Notes: generated from the letters alone by a model not told the origin. Numbered from the stretch's first letter, positions 1 to 8,927 are shown. The stretch is 17,805 nt of DNA from a bacterium (GCA_043800755.1 JAZDMQ010000110.1:1-17805); one strand, 5' to 3'. Numbers and translations are program-made.

Positions 1-1158
1 CAGCGGCCCGCCGTGTATAACGCCCTGGGAGAGATCTTCCAGCGCAAGGGAGCCTGGGAGGAGTCCATTTCCGCCTATTCGCAGGCCATTGCCTTGAATC
101 CCAATCTGGCCTCGGCCCATGCCAACCTGGGCAGCATCTACCTCGGGCAGGGGAGGTGGGAGGCAGCCTTGGGCTCTTATGAAGAAGCAATCAACCACGA
201 TCCTAAGCTGCACGAGACCTTGCGACCCCGGATGGCCGAGGCCTGGGGTAGGCTGGGCCAAGAGCTGTGGCGGGAAGGCAAAGACCTGGAGGCCCTGAGC
301 CGGTTGGAGAAGGCCCTCTCCTTAGAGCCAGGCAGGATATCGGATCTGAAGGCGATGGCCCAAACCTGCTATGAGCAGGGAAAGCCGGAGGCGGAGAGAT
401 ACCTGGCCGCCGTTCTCTCCTTAGATCCCAATTGGGGGGAGGCCTACCTGGCCTTGGCTGATCTCTATTTGAAACAAGGGAAAACGAGAGAAGCGATGGG
501 CAGCCTGGAGAAGGCAGTGACCATCTATCCCGATAGGGCTGAGTTGCATTATCACCTGGGGCTCCTTTACGAGAGGGAAGGACGGAAGGGAGAAGCCGCT
601 TTGGAGCTCAAGCGGGCGGTGGAGCGAGATCCGCAACTTTCGCCCGCCTGGGCAAGGCTGGGGGAGATCGCCCTCGGCCGGGGAGGTTGGGAAGAGGCGA
701 TAAGCAACTGCGAGACGGCCATCAAGTGCGATCCTAATTTATCAAGTAATCTAATGGATGTGCTCTTCCGGGCCCATTCCCAGATGGCCCTTTCCCTCCA
801 TGAACAGGGAAAGCTGGACGCGGCCGAGAGCCATTACCTGAAGGCCCTGGTCCTTCAGGGCCCTGAGTCTTCGCTCCTATGTAATTTGGGCAATCTTTAT
901 CGTGAGAAGGGGGAGTTGAAAAAGGCCGAAGAGGCGTATCGCTCTGCCCTCCAGGCAAGCCCCGGATGGGCCAAGGCCCATATGGGACTGGCTCTCTTGG
1001 CAGAAACGCGCAAGGATTGGCAAACGGCCCTCTACGAGTGGAGGCTCTTTCTGGAGCAGGAGCCCCGAAGCGAATCGGCTGGGCAGATCAGGGAGCGGAT
1101 CGAAAAGATCTCTTCTGCCCTGAATCGGGCGGGGGAAAGGCCGCGGTCAAGCCAATGA
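1..1158 (+). CDS. Tetratricopeptide-repeat (TPR) protein, 5'-truncated by the window edge
   Basis: The frame is open from base 1 (CAG CGG CCC GCC GTG = QRPAV), so the GTG at 13 is probably internal. Repeated ~34 aa TPR units: AVYNALGEIF..A.SAYSQAIALNP, AHANLGSIY..A...YEEAI..DP, AYLALADLY..A...LEKAV.IYP, LHYHLGLLY..A...LKRAV..DP, LLCNLGNLY..A..AYRSAL..SP. Confidence 0.9.
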   Translation, partial: QRPAVYNALGEIFQRKGAWEESISAYSQAIALNPNLASAHANLGSIYLGQGRWEAALGSYEEAINHDPKLHETLRPRMAEAWGRLGQELWREGKDLEALSRLEKALSLEPGRISDLKAMAQTCYEQGKPEAERYLAAVLSLDPNWGEAYLALADLYLKQGKTREAMGSLEKAVTIYPDRAELHYHLGLLYEREGRKGEAALELKRAVERDPQLSPAWARLGEIALGRGGWEEAISNCETAIKCDPNLSSNLMDVLFRAHSQMALSLHEQGKLDAAESHYLKALVLQGPESSLLCNLGNLYREKGELKKAEEAYRSALQASPGWAKAHMGLALLAETRKDWQTALYEWRLFLEQEPRSESAGQIRERIEKISSALNRAGERPRSSQ

Positions 1159-1222
1159 AATGAAGAAGTGACGAGAGAAACGGACAAAGGAGGTGAAGAA
1201 TAAGGTGCGAAGGAGGGAGAAC

Positions 1223-1285
1223 ATGGCAGCCCCCCCTCCCCCGCCGGTGCTCAGCGACGAAGCGATGAGCCCTTGCTTTTTTTAA
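1223..1285 (+). CDS. Putative small peptide MAAPPPPPVLSDEAMSPCFF (26 aa if started at the in-frame GTG 1205)
   Basis: ATG 1223 is preceded by AGGAGG (1211-1216), and the in-frame GTG 1205 is preceded by AAGGAGGTGA (1187-1196). Stop TAA 1283-1285. No recognised homology. Confidence 0.35.
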   Translation: MAAPPPPPVLSDEAMSPCFF

Positions 1286-1297
1286 CAGAGTAAGGGC
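1269..1297 (+). promoter_or_regulatory. Imperfect hairpin upstream of the TonB-dependent receptor (possible attenuator or processing stem)
   Basis: GCCCTTGCT (1269-1277) pairs with AGTAAGGGC (1289-1297), including one G-U pair. A T7 run lies at 1277-1283. Confidence 0.3.
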
Positions 1298-1333
1298 CAG
1301 CGGTCAAGGTGATTTTGAAAGGAGAAGGATTCC

Positions 1334-3589
1334 ATGCGACGATTGGTCCTTACGGTTCTCACTTTCTTTCTCGGTTTTTCATTAGGAAGCCAAGTCCTTT
1401 ATGCGCAAGAAGCGGACCAGAAGGAAAAGGGAGCGGAGTTCGAGTTGGAAGAGGTTGTGGTGACGGCCACCAAGACCCCCACCACCGTTCGCGAGGCCCC
1501 CGCCAGCGTAACCGTCGTGACCTCCGAAGACTTGGAGAAGAAGAACGTGAAAAATCTGGACTCGGCGCTCAGGAACGAGGTGGGCCTCTTCGATCGCCGA
1601 GGGAAGGGCATGACTGAGACCGTCACCAATGTCCAGATGCGGGGGTTCGCCGGACCGGAGCGCACCCTCATCCTCTTCGATGGGCAGCCCCTCAACACCG
1701 GTTATACCGCTTCCGTGAACTGGAATGTCCTGCCGGTAGAGGATGTGGAGCGGGTCGAGATCGTGCGGGGACCCTTCTCCTCGCTTTATGGACGCTATGC
1801 CATGGGCGGGGTGATCAATGTGATTCCCAAGGTTCCGGAGAAGCTGGAGATCAAGGGCAAGGTTGGATACGGCACCGACGACACCACCCGTTACTTCTTG
1901 AGCGTCGGCGATCGGTTCCTCGATCGCATCAGCCTCTATCTCTCCTACGATCAGAACTCAACCAACGGCTATGCGCCCGAGATGGTCACCAAGACCGCCA
2001 CCGCCAATACCGGGACCATTGAGGTGGACGACCCCAGGGAGATCAGGAACAAGTATGGAGACGATAATGTCTATCTGATCGGCGACAAAGGGGATAACTG
2101 GTACGACCAGCAGACCTATAGTCTCAGGGGGCGTTGGGATATTACCCAGGCCACAAAATTATCCCTGGGCTACACCCATGGCTGGTATCGGTATGGCTAT
2201 GACGAATACCATGTCCGCTTGAAGACGAAGGATGGCACTAAGATCGACGACTCTGCGGGGAAATATGTCTATTTCCCCGATGACGAGGGTTATTGGCGAT
2301 TCAGAGTCTCCCCCTACGATTTCCTGAACGGATCCGGGGCTCGAACCACGGAGATCTGCAATGCTTCCCTGGAGCAAAAATTCTGGGACCGGGGCCGGGT
2401 GAAATTGAGCCTTGGGCTCACCGATGAGCCGGACAACTGGTACACCCTTCCCAAGGCTGGGGCGACCTTTGAGGGTGGGCCGGGGACGGTGAGCGAAAGC
2501 CCGAACCGCATGGTTCAGTTGGAGTTGCAGTCGGACATCCCGATAGGAGAGCAGAACCTGCTCACCGCTGGAATTTCTTATAACTACGATCAAACAAGAA
2601 ATAGGGAGTGGCTCTTAGAAGACTGGAACCACAAGACTTCTAAGACCGAGCTTCAATCCAAGGCAGAGGGGAAGAATAGGATCTGGGGATTCTACCTCCA
2701 GGACAAGATCGAATACCCCCCCCATTTCACCCTCTATCTAGGGGGCCGATTTGACCGCTGGAGGGCCTACGACGGGAGATCTGAGACTGTTTCCTCCACT
2801 GAGGATTACTCCCCTGCCAAGGCGGACTCCTTCTGTCCCAAATTGGCCATCGTCTATCACCCCTTCTTCGAGCCGGTGGACACCGTCTTTCGATTCGCCG
2901 CGGGCAAGGCCTTCCGTTATCCCACCGTATATGAGCTCTACCGCACTTGGCGCTCCACCTCGGGAAGCACCTATGAAGGAAACCCTGACCTGAACCCTGA
3001 GAAGACTAAGTCTTGGGAGGTTGGCGCCGATCTGATGGTTTGGAAGCGCCTGAACTTGAAGGCGACCTATTTCGAGAATTACATCGATGACCTCATCTAC
3101 AATGCAACCATCTCCGATTCTCCTCTGGTGGTTCGCAAGATGAATGCCGCCAGGGGGCTGACCCGAGGAGTAGAGGCGGAGGTACGAATCCAAGCCACCT
3201 CTTTCTTGGACCTTTTTGCCAATGGCACCTATCTGAACGCCAAGATCATAGACAATCCGGACAATCCGAAATCGGAGAACCAGCAGGTTCCCTATGTCCC
3301 TCGCCACATGGCCACCCTGGGCGCGGATTTCCATTACTGGACTCTGAAGGCAAGCTTTGCTGGCCATTATGCCAGCAAGGTCTTCACCATCGACGACAAT
3401 TCCGATAGGGCGACTGGGGTGCCGGGAAGCTGGGACCCCTATTGGGTTTGGGATACCAAGATCGGATGGGACTTCTGTAAGTGGGGGAATATCTCGTTCG
3501 CCGTCAACAATGTGTTCGACCGGGAATACTACCAGTCCTATCTGGCACCGGGTCGGAAGGTCTTTACGGAGTTGACCCTGAGATACTGA
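1334..3589 (+). CDS. TonB-dependent outer-membrane receptor (BtuB/CirA-like; substrate unknown, probably a metal chelate or tetrapyrrole)
   Basis: 751 aa. Signal peptide (MRRLVLTVLTFFLGFSLGSQVLYA), TonB-box-like EEVVVTAT, plug motifs (VQMRG, LILFDGQPLN, VERVEIVRGPFSSLYG..AMGGVINVI), barrel motifs (FRYPTVYELY, GNPDLNPEK..SWEVG, VNNVFDREY) and a C-terminal aromatic residue (ELTLRY). RBS GGAGAAGG upstream. Confidence 0.95.
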   Translation: MRRLVLTVLTFFLGFSLGSQVLYAQEADQKEKGAEFELEEVVVTATKTPTTVREAPASVTVVTSEDLEKKNVKNLDSALRNEVGLFDRRGKGMTETVTNVQMRGFAGPERTLILFDGQPLNTGYTASVNWNVLPVEDVERVEIVRGPFSSLYGRYAMGGVINVIPKVPEKLEIKGKVGYGTDDTTRYFLSVGDRFLDRISLYLSYDQNSTNGYAPEMVTKTATANTGTIEVDDPREIRNKYGDDNVYLIGDKGDNWYDQQTYSLRGRWDITQATKLSLGYTHGWYRYGYDEYHVRLKTKDGTKIDDSAGKYVYFPDDEGYWRFRVSPYDFLNGSGARTTEICNASLEQKFWDRGRVKLSLGLTDEPDNWYTLPKAGATFEGGPGTVSESPNRMVQLELQSDIPIGEQNLLTAGISYNYDQTRNREWLLEDWNHKTSKTELQSKAEGKNRIWGFYLQDKIEYPPHFTLYLGGRFDRWRAYDGRSETVSSTEDYSPAKADSFCPKLAIVYHPFFEPVDTVFRFAAGKAFRYPTVYELYRTWRSTSGSTYEGNPDLNPEKTKSWEVGADLMVWKRLNLKATYFENYIDDLIYNATISDSPLVVRKMNAARGLTRGVEAEVRIQATSFLDLFANGTYLNAKIIDNPDNPKSENQQVPYVPRHMATLGADFHYWTLKASFAGHYASKVFTIDDNSDRATGVPGSWDPYWVWDTKIGWDFCKWGNISFAVNNVFDREYYQSYLAPGRKVFTELTLRY

Positions 3590-4974
3590 TGATTCGAGTC
3601 CATGGACTGAGCTATCGATACCCGGGGGCCTCAACCCTGGCCCTGGAAGAAATTGATCTCCAGATTCGCCAGGGAGAGGGTGTGGTCATCACGGGGAAGA
3701 CGGGGGCCGGGAAATCGACCCTGATTTACGCCCTGAACGGGCTGATCCCACATGTCCTGGGGGGGGAGAGGGAAGGGGCTGTGGAGGTGGCAGGGGTCGA
3801 TCCGGCCACCTTGCCGGTCAAAGAGATGGCGCAGCAAGTGGGGATCGTCTTTCAAAACCCCGAGCATCAGATCTTCATGCTCCGGGTGTGGGACGATGTG
3901 GCGTTTGGCTGCCTCAATCGAGGCTATCCGGAGGCGATGGTGGAAAGGCGAACCAGAGAGGCGCTGGACCTGATGGGGCTCTGGGAGCTGAGAACTCGGG
4001 AGGTCTTTAAGCTCTCCGGGGGCCAAAAGCAAAGGTTGGCCATCGCTGGATCTTATGCCGTAGGTCCCAAGGTCTTCCTCTTTGAAGAACCGCTCACCGA
4101 TTTGGATGAGCAGGGAAGGTTAGCCTTCCTGGACATGATTGGTACCCTCAAGGCCAGGGGCCACACGCTGATCATTGCGGAACACCAGACGGAAAAGTTA
4201 ACCTCCTGGGCGGATCGGGTCATATGCCTCGAGCAAGGCAGGATCGCCTGGGAGGACCAAAGGCCTTTCTCGTTTCATCTTCCTTTCCTCCGAGAGGAGC
4301 GGGGGGCTTATCACATGGAGCCTTCCGCTCCCTCGCTCATCCAGCTGCAGGGTGTGGATGTGACCTACAAAGATGGCACTCCGGGCCTGCGGAATATCTG
4401 TCTCTCCCTCCAAAGAGGGGAGATGGCCGCCATTTGCGGACCGAACGGTAGCGGCAAGACCACCTTGCTCAAGGCGATCATGGGGATCATCCCGGTTGCC
4501 GGCGGAAAGATCGAGATATTGGGGAAAAAGGCCAATTTCAAACAACTGGTGGGCCAGGTCGCCTATCTCTTTCAGAACCCGGACGATCAACTCTTTGCCG
4601 AAAGCGTCGAGGAGGAGTTGGCCTTCGGGCCTCGAAACCTCGGTAAGAATGGTTCAAACCTGGAAGCCTATTTGGATTTATTCAAGTTGCGGGACCTTCG
4701 CAAGCGGCATCCTCTGACCCTCTCCCGGGGGGAGCGTCAGAGGCTGGCCGTGGCCTCTCTGCTCATCATGGAGCCTCAGATTCTTCTTTTGGACGAGCCG
4801 ACTACCGGGTTAGATCGATCCGCCTGGATGCAGTTGATGGAGGGAGTTGAGGCCATGCATCATAGGGGGGTCACGGTCCTCTTCACCTCCCACCACAAAG
4901 AAGTGGTGGATCGGTATGCCCATCGGTTGATCCGGCTGGAGAAGGGTGAGGTGATCGATGATCAAATACTATGA
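3589..4974 (+). CDS. ecfA: ECF transporter ATPase with two fused ABC domains (EcfA-A'/CbiO/YkoD-like)
   Basis: Start reassigned to ATG 3589, which overlaps the receptor stop (TGATG) and gives MIRVHGLSYRYPG. Domain 1: GKTGAGKST, VFQNPEHQIF, LSGGQKQRLAIA, FLFEEPLTDLD. Domain 2: GPNGSGKTT, LFQNPDDQLF, LSRGERQRLAVA, LLLDEPTTGLD. FQNPxxQ is typical of ECF ATPases. Confidence 0.92.
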   Translation: MIRVHGLSYRYPGASTLALEEIDLQIRQGEGVVITGKTGAGKSTLIYALNGLIPHVLGGEREGAVEVAGVDPATLPVKEMAQQVGIVFQNPEHQIFMLRVWDDVAFGCLNRGYPEAMVERRTREALDLMGLWELRTREVFKLSGGQKQRLAIAGSYAVGPKVFLFEEPLTDLDEQGRLAFLDMIGTLKARGHTLIIAEHQTEKLTSWADRVICLEQGRIAWEDQRPFSFHLPFLREERGAYHMEPSAPSLIQLQGVDVTYKDGTPGLRNICLSLQRGEMAAICGPNGSGKTTLLKAIMGIIPVAGGKIEILGKKANFKQLVGQVAYLFQNPDDQLFAESVEEELAFGPRNLGKNGSNLEAYLDLFKLRDLRKRHPLTLSRGERQRLAVASLLIMEPQILLLDEPTTGLDRSAWMQLMEGVEAMHHRGVTVLFTSHHKEVVDRYAHRLIRLEKGEVIDDQIL

Positions 4975-5791
4975 TCGCCGAACCTTCTTCCACGATCTGG
5001 ACCCCCGGGTGAAGATCCTGTGGAGCCTGGGCCTATCCCTCCTGATTGTTATGGCGAAGGAGCCCTGGATGCTTTTCGGGCTTTTTCTCATGGCGATCCT
5101 TCCTTTGCTCTGGGTGAGCCCTCCCCTGGTGCGGATGAAGGCATTCTGGATCTTGATGGCCACTATCGTGCTGGGAACCATGATCTCCCAGGGTTTCTTC
5201 TACTACTTTCGGCCCCGGACAGCCCTCTTCACCCTTCTCCCAGAGGATTTCCCCTTGCTGGGCAGGCTCACCGGCGGGATCCGGCTCTATCGCGAGGGCC
5301 TTTTCTATGGGGCAGTGCAGTCCCTGCGCATGCTCTCCACCCTGAGCCTTGGTCTGCTCCTGGTGACTACCACCCATCCTTCCGAGCTGATATTCGGATT
5401 GACCTGGTTGAAGGTGCCTCGGGTCCTGGCCAATATGGTGACGGTGGCGGTGCGCTTTCTTCCCAACTTCTTGGAAGAGGGTAGGCGTATCCTGATGGCA
5501 CAGCAGATTCGGGGGGCGGGATTACAGGGCCTGAGAGGAAGGGCCCGAAGCTTCAAGCTGATGGCCGTCCCGTTGATTATTGGGGCTTTGAAGACAGCCC
5601 GCCAACTTTCCCTGGCAGCGGAGATCAGGGGATTCCAGGGAGATTTCCCTGCGGCAAAGGCATGGAGATTCTCTCCGATGGATCGCTGGGGCCTGGCCCT
5701 CCTGGTCCTATTCCTGCTGTTCTTTCTCGGGGTATTCTTTTCCGGAGAGAATAGCGGACCGGTTCTAAAATGGGGCATCCCATGGCACTAA
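4958..5791 (+). CDS. ecfT: ECF transporter transmembrane T component (EcfT/CbiQ family)
   Basis: N-terminal HDLDPRVK, TTHPSELI.GL, AVRFLP, and the two Arg-containing coupling motifs AQQIRG and AAEIRGF. Several hydrophobic helices. Overlaps the ATPase gene. Confidence 0.92.
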   Translation: MIKYYDRRTFFHDLDPRVKILWSLGLSLLIVMAKEPWMLFGLFLMAILPLLWVSPPLVRMKAFWILMATIVLGTMISQGFFYYFRPRTALFTLLPEDFPLLGRLTGGIRLYREGLFYGAVQSLRMLSTLSLGLLLVTTTHPSELIFGLTWLKVPRVLANMVTVAVRFLPNFLEEGRRILMAQQIRGAGLQGLRGRARSFKLMAVPLIIGALKTARQLSLAAEIRGFQGDFPAAKAWRFSPMDRWGLALLVLFLLFFLGVFFSGENSGPVLKWGIPWH

Positions 5792-6405
5792 CCTATCTCA
5801 TCGCCGTCATTTGTGTCCTCCTCCTTTCGCTACTGGTACTGTTCATTGCCTATCGAAGGAAAAGACTGGAACCTTTCTCCATTTCCCAGACCATGACCCT
5901 GGCGACGTTTGCCTGTCTGCTCTATGTGGCCAGCCTGCCCTGGCGATTGGGATTGAGCCGATTTTTCCTGGGCGGTTTCTTCTTCACTATTCCCTATACG
6001 GCCATCCTCCTGGTGGGTCTGCGGATGGTACCCCGTTTCGGAACTCCCACCCTGATGGTCCTCGGGTATGGGCTGCTCTCCCAGGTGGTGGGCAGTGGAA
6101 TCAATCCCCTTTGGTGGCCTGAATATCTGGCCAAGGGAGCTGTCCTGGAGGCAGTCTGTTTACTGGCAGGAGATTATGGAGTGAAGCGGACGAGCGCAGT
6201 CTGGATCGGCACCTTATACGGGGGATTGAGCTACGCCTTTTTCTACCTGGTGAGCGCCCCCTTGATATGGCACATGCATTATGACCTGTGGTTCATTGCC
6301 TGGAAGGTCATTCAGGGGATCGCGGCCGGGGCGATCGGTTCGGGGGTTATCGGTTATGATATTGCCGGCAGAGTGGAGAGAGTGGCACCCCAGGCCAGCT
6401 TTTAG
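5782..6405 (+). CDS. Probable ECF substrate-binding S component (MptD/YkoE-like) with an extra N-terminal helix
   Basis: About 207 aa, about 6-7 hydrophobic segments, a VPRFG loop motif and an intramembrane Glu (AVLEAV), directly after ecfA-ecfT. The start may be ATG 5770 or ATG 5782. Confidence 0.7.
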   Translation: MALTYLIAVICVLLLSLLVLFIAYRRKRLEPFSISQTMTLATFACLLYVASLPWRLGLSRFFLGGFFFTIPYTAILLVGLRMVPRFGTPTLMVLGYGLLSQVVGSGINPLWWPEYLAKGAVLEAVCLLAGDYGVKRTSAVWIGTLYGGLSYAFFYLVSAPLIWHMHYDLWFIAWKVIQGIAAGAIGSGVIGYDIAGRVERVAPQASF

Positions 6406-6425
6406 TCTTCGAAGGAGCGAAAGAA

Positions 6426-8927
6426 ATGACAATGCACAGCGAGCGCAATCCTCGCAGCGTTGGTGCGGGGTCAGCGAGCGAGTCGAGAAGTAAACGAGAA
6501 TGCTTGAAGACTCCTCGCAGCTTAGCTGGGGGGAGCTTCAATCTTGCAGCGATCCTGTGGGCGAGTCGGGTCCCGACACTGATTGAGGCGGGCAAGAGGG
6601 TTCCCGAGGTACACCTGCAGATACGGAGCATTCGAGATCTGGAAGATTCGGAGCGCCGCAGGAACTTCTTTCTTTGGGTCGAGGAAAACGCTGACTTATT
6701 GCTCATTTATGCCCCCACCAATGCGACCTGGGAGGAGATGGAGGGGGAGATTGACCGGCTTTCCCGGATCGTCCCCACCGTCGCCTTCGGAAGTGATCCC
6801 CAGGTCTGGGGGTATTCCAGTGTGGACCTGAAGGTTGCGGCCCAGGTCAACGGCTATTTCGCGAGGGATGGCATTGAAAACCTCACTCAGGCCCTCCGCT
6901 ACCTGGCCCATGAGGTGGGAGGCCTGAGTCTGTCCTATCGGGAACCGGAGGAGATCCCCTGGAAGGGAATCTATCACCCGGACGCGCCGGGCGGATTCTA
7001 CAAGCTGGAAGACTATTGGGATTGGTACAGGAGTCGGGGATTCCGAGAAGGCAATCCGATGGTGGGTATTCTCTTCTATCGGTCGAACTGGATCAATGGA
7101 AATCTCAAGCTGGTCGATGCCATTGTCCGATCATTAGAAGAGCGCAGGATGGGGGCCACCCCCGTATTTTCCTATGGGTTTGCGAACCGTGAATTGAATG
7201 TGGCAGGCAACGATGAGACGATCGAGCTCTTTTTTATGAAGGAGGGGGCCGCGGCCATCGACCTGTTGCTCAATTTGCAGTCCTTCTTCTTGATTTCCCT
7301 ACCCCGCGAGTCTGTCAGGGGAGATATCGAGGCAGGCATGCGGGCCCTGAAGAAACTCGGCGTCCCCGCCCTCAATGGCCTCGTAGCGCACTATCAAACG
7401 GAAGAGGAGTGGCGAGCCAACACGCATGGACTGATGACTTATGCCTGGTCGGTAGCGATGCCGGAGTTCGATGGGGTGATCGAGCCCCTCATCCTGGGTG
7501 CAGAATCCCGGGAGGAAGACCCCGTCACCGGGGTCACAGTGGAGCGGTACGAGCCCATAGCGGAGCGGCTCGATCATGGAATCACGAGGATCGAACGCTG
7601 GATTCGCTTGAAGAGGAAGCCAAAGGAGGAGCGAAAGGTTGCCTTGATCCTCCACAACAATCCCTGTGCCAGTGTTGAGGCGACGGTGGGAAGCGGAGCC
7701 AATCTGGATACGTTGGAAAGCGTGGCCCGCATCCTGCGGCGCCTGGCAGAGGAGGGGTATGCGATTAACGACCCTCCGGCCAGCGGGGAAGAGTTGATCA
7801 ACCTGATTATGGAGAGAAAGGCCATCTCCGATTTTCGCTGGACCCCAGTGGAGGAGATCGTGGCGAAAAAAGGCTATCTATCCCTCCTTCCGGAGGAGGA
7901 GTATCGCCGTCGCTTCCAGGCCTTCTCTCCTGAGGTTCAGGCCAGTTTAGTCAAGACCTGGGGAGAACCCCCGGGAGAGGCCATGGTTTGTCAGGGGAAG
8001 ATCGTGGTGACAGGCCTCTCCTTCGGAAATGCGGTGGTCTGCGTTCAACCCAAAAGGGGATGTCTGGGGGCGCGCTGCGATGGGCAAGCCTGCAAAATTC
8101 TGCACGATCCCGCCTGCCCGCCGACCCATCAGTACCTGGCTACCTATTGGTACCTGGGGGAGGTATTCGGGGCGGATGCCATTGTGCATGTGGGGACCCA
8201 CGGCAATCTCGAATTCCTCCCCGGAAAATCGGTGGGACTCTCGGGGGATTGCTTCCCGGACCTGGCCATCGGAGCCATGCCGCACTTCTACCTCTACAGT
8301 GTGGACAATCCACCGGAAGGCATCATGGCCAAGCGGCGCAGCTACGCCACCCTGGTCGATTACATGACCCCGGTCATGACCGAAAGCGGAACCTACGGGG
8401 CAATCAAGGAACTGGAGGACTTTTTGGGGGAATATGAACAGGCCCGCGTCATCGATCCCTCCCGCGCCCACGCCCTGGAGCACCTCATTCTGGAGAAGAT
8501 CAGGGAGTTGAATCTGCAAGGCGAGCTCCATCTCGCCCTACCGGAAAAGGAGGAGGGGCCGGAGGAGGAACATGAGCATGCCGTGGATTTCCAGGAAGTG
8601 GTGCGGGGATGTCACCTCCTCTTGAACCGCTATCGGGAAAGTCAGCGGAATCAGGGTCTGCATATCTTTGGGGCTCCCCCCGAGGGGGAGGATCGGGTAG
8701 ATCTGATCGCTGCCCTTTCCCGTTTCGACTACGAGAATCAGCCCTCCCTGCGCCGAGTCGTATTCGAGCTGATGGGATTGGACTTCGAGGAGGCCGAGGC
8801 ACATCCGGATACCTTCTGCGAGGTGGAGGGAAAGACCTATGGAGAGCTATTGGCTGAGGCGCAACAGATCAGCAAGGAGTTTATCCGCGCCTTCTTGAAG
8901 GAGGAAGAGGCATGTCAAAAACCCTGA
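6426..8927 (+). CDS. cobN: Class I chelatase large subunit (CobN/BchH family), N-terminal part
   Basis: Motifs GIYHPD, VGILFYR, VAMPEFDG.IEP, RWIRLKRKP.EERKVALILHNNP, LDTLES, WGEPPG, VQPKRG, PPTHQYLATY, HVGTHGNLEFLPGK, NPPEG.MAKRR, GLHIFG. RBS AAGGAG at 6412-6417. Confidence 0.93.
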   Translation: MTMHSERNPRSVGAGSASESRSKRECLKTPRSLAGGSFNLAAILWASRVPTLIEAGKRVPEVHLQIRSIRDLEDSERRRNFFLWVEENADLLLIYAPTNATWEEMEGEIDRLSRIVPTVAFGSDPQVWGYSSVDLKVAAQVNGYFARDGIENLTQALRYLAHEVGGLSLSYREPEEIPWKGIYHPDAPGGFYKLEDYWDWYRSRGFREGNPMVGILFYRSNWINGNLKLVDAIVRSLEERRMGATPVFSYGFANRELNVAGNDETIELFFMKEGAAAIDLLLNLQSFFLISLPRESVRGDIEAGMRALKKLGVPALNGLVAHYQTEEEWRANTHGLMTYAWSVAMPEFDGVIEPLILGAESREEDPVTGVTVERYEPIAERLDHGITRIERWIRLKRKPKEERKVALILHNNPCASVEATVGSGANLDTLESVARILRRLAEEGYAINDPPASGEELINLIMERKAISDFRWTPVEEIVAKKGYLSLLPEEEYRRRFQAFSPEVQASLVKTWGEPPGEAMVCQGKIVVTGLSFGNAVVCVQPKRGCLGARCDGQACKILHDPACPPTHQYLATYWYLGEVFGADAIVHVGTHGNLEFLPGKSVGLSGDCFPDLAIGAMPHFYLYSVDNPPEGIMAKRRSYATLVDYMTPVMTESGTYGAIKELEDFLGEYEQARVIDPSRAHALEHLILEKIRELNLQGELHLALPEKEEGPEEEHEHAVDFQEVVRGCHLLLNRYRESQRNQGLHIFGAPPEGEDRVDLIAALSRFDYENQPSLRRVVFELMGLDFEEAEAHPDTFCEVEGKTYGELLAEAQQISKEFIRAFLKEEEACQKP
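6429..6541. repeat. REP/MITE-like double-palindrome element inside the 5' end of cobN
   Basis: Two related hairpins: CCTCGCAGC-GTT-GGTGCGGGG (6450-6470) and TTGAAG-A-CTCCTCGCAGC-TTA-GCTGGGGGGAG-CTTCAA (6504-6541). Direct repeats TCCTCGCAGC (6449, 6512) and CAGCGAGCG (6437, 6472). The encoded 37 aa do not look like CobN. Confidence 0.7.

Noticed and set aside
1159..1333. Cobalamin riboswitch or Fur/NikR box upstream of the receptor
   Set aside because: I found no B12-box-like elements (GGGAA..., GCCACTG, AGYCAG) and no AT-rich palindrome. The promoter may lie upstream of the window.
3481..3588. N-terminal 36 aa of the ECF ATPase as given in the ORF track
   Set aside because: It overlaps the receptor's C-terminus. 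ATG 3589 gives a typical MIRVHGLSYRY start coupled to the upstream stop.
2738..3634. 298 aa antisense ORF over the receptor, plus similar antisense or alternate-frame ORFs (e.g. 7947-8531, 9599-10075, 12453-13166, 12305-12928)
   Set aside because: All overlap confidently assigned genes and lack family motifs. Such ORFs are expected in high-GC DNA.
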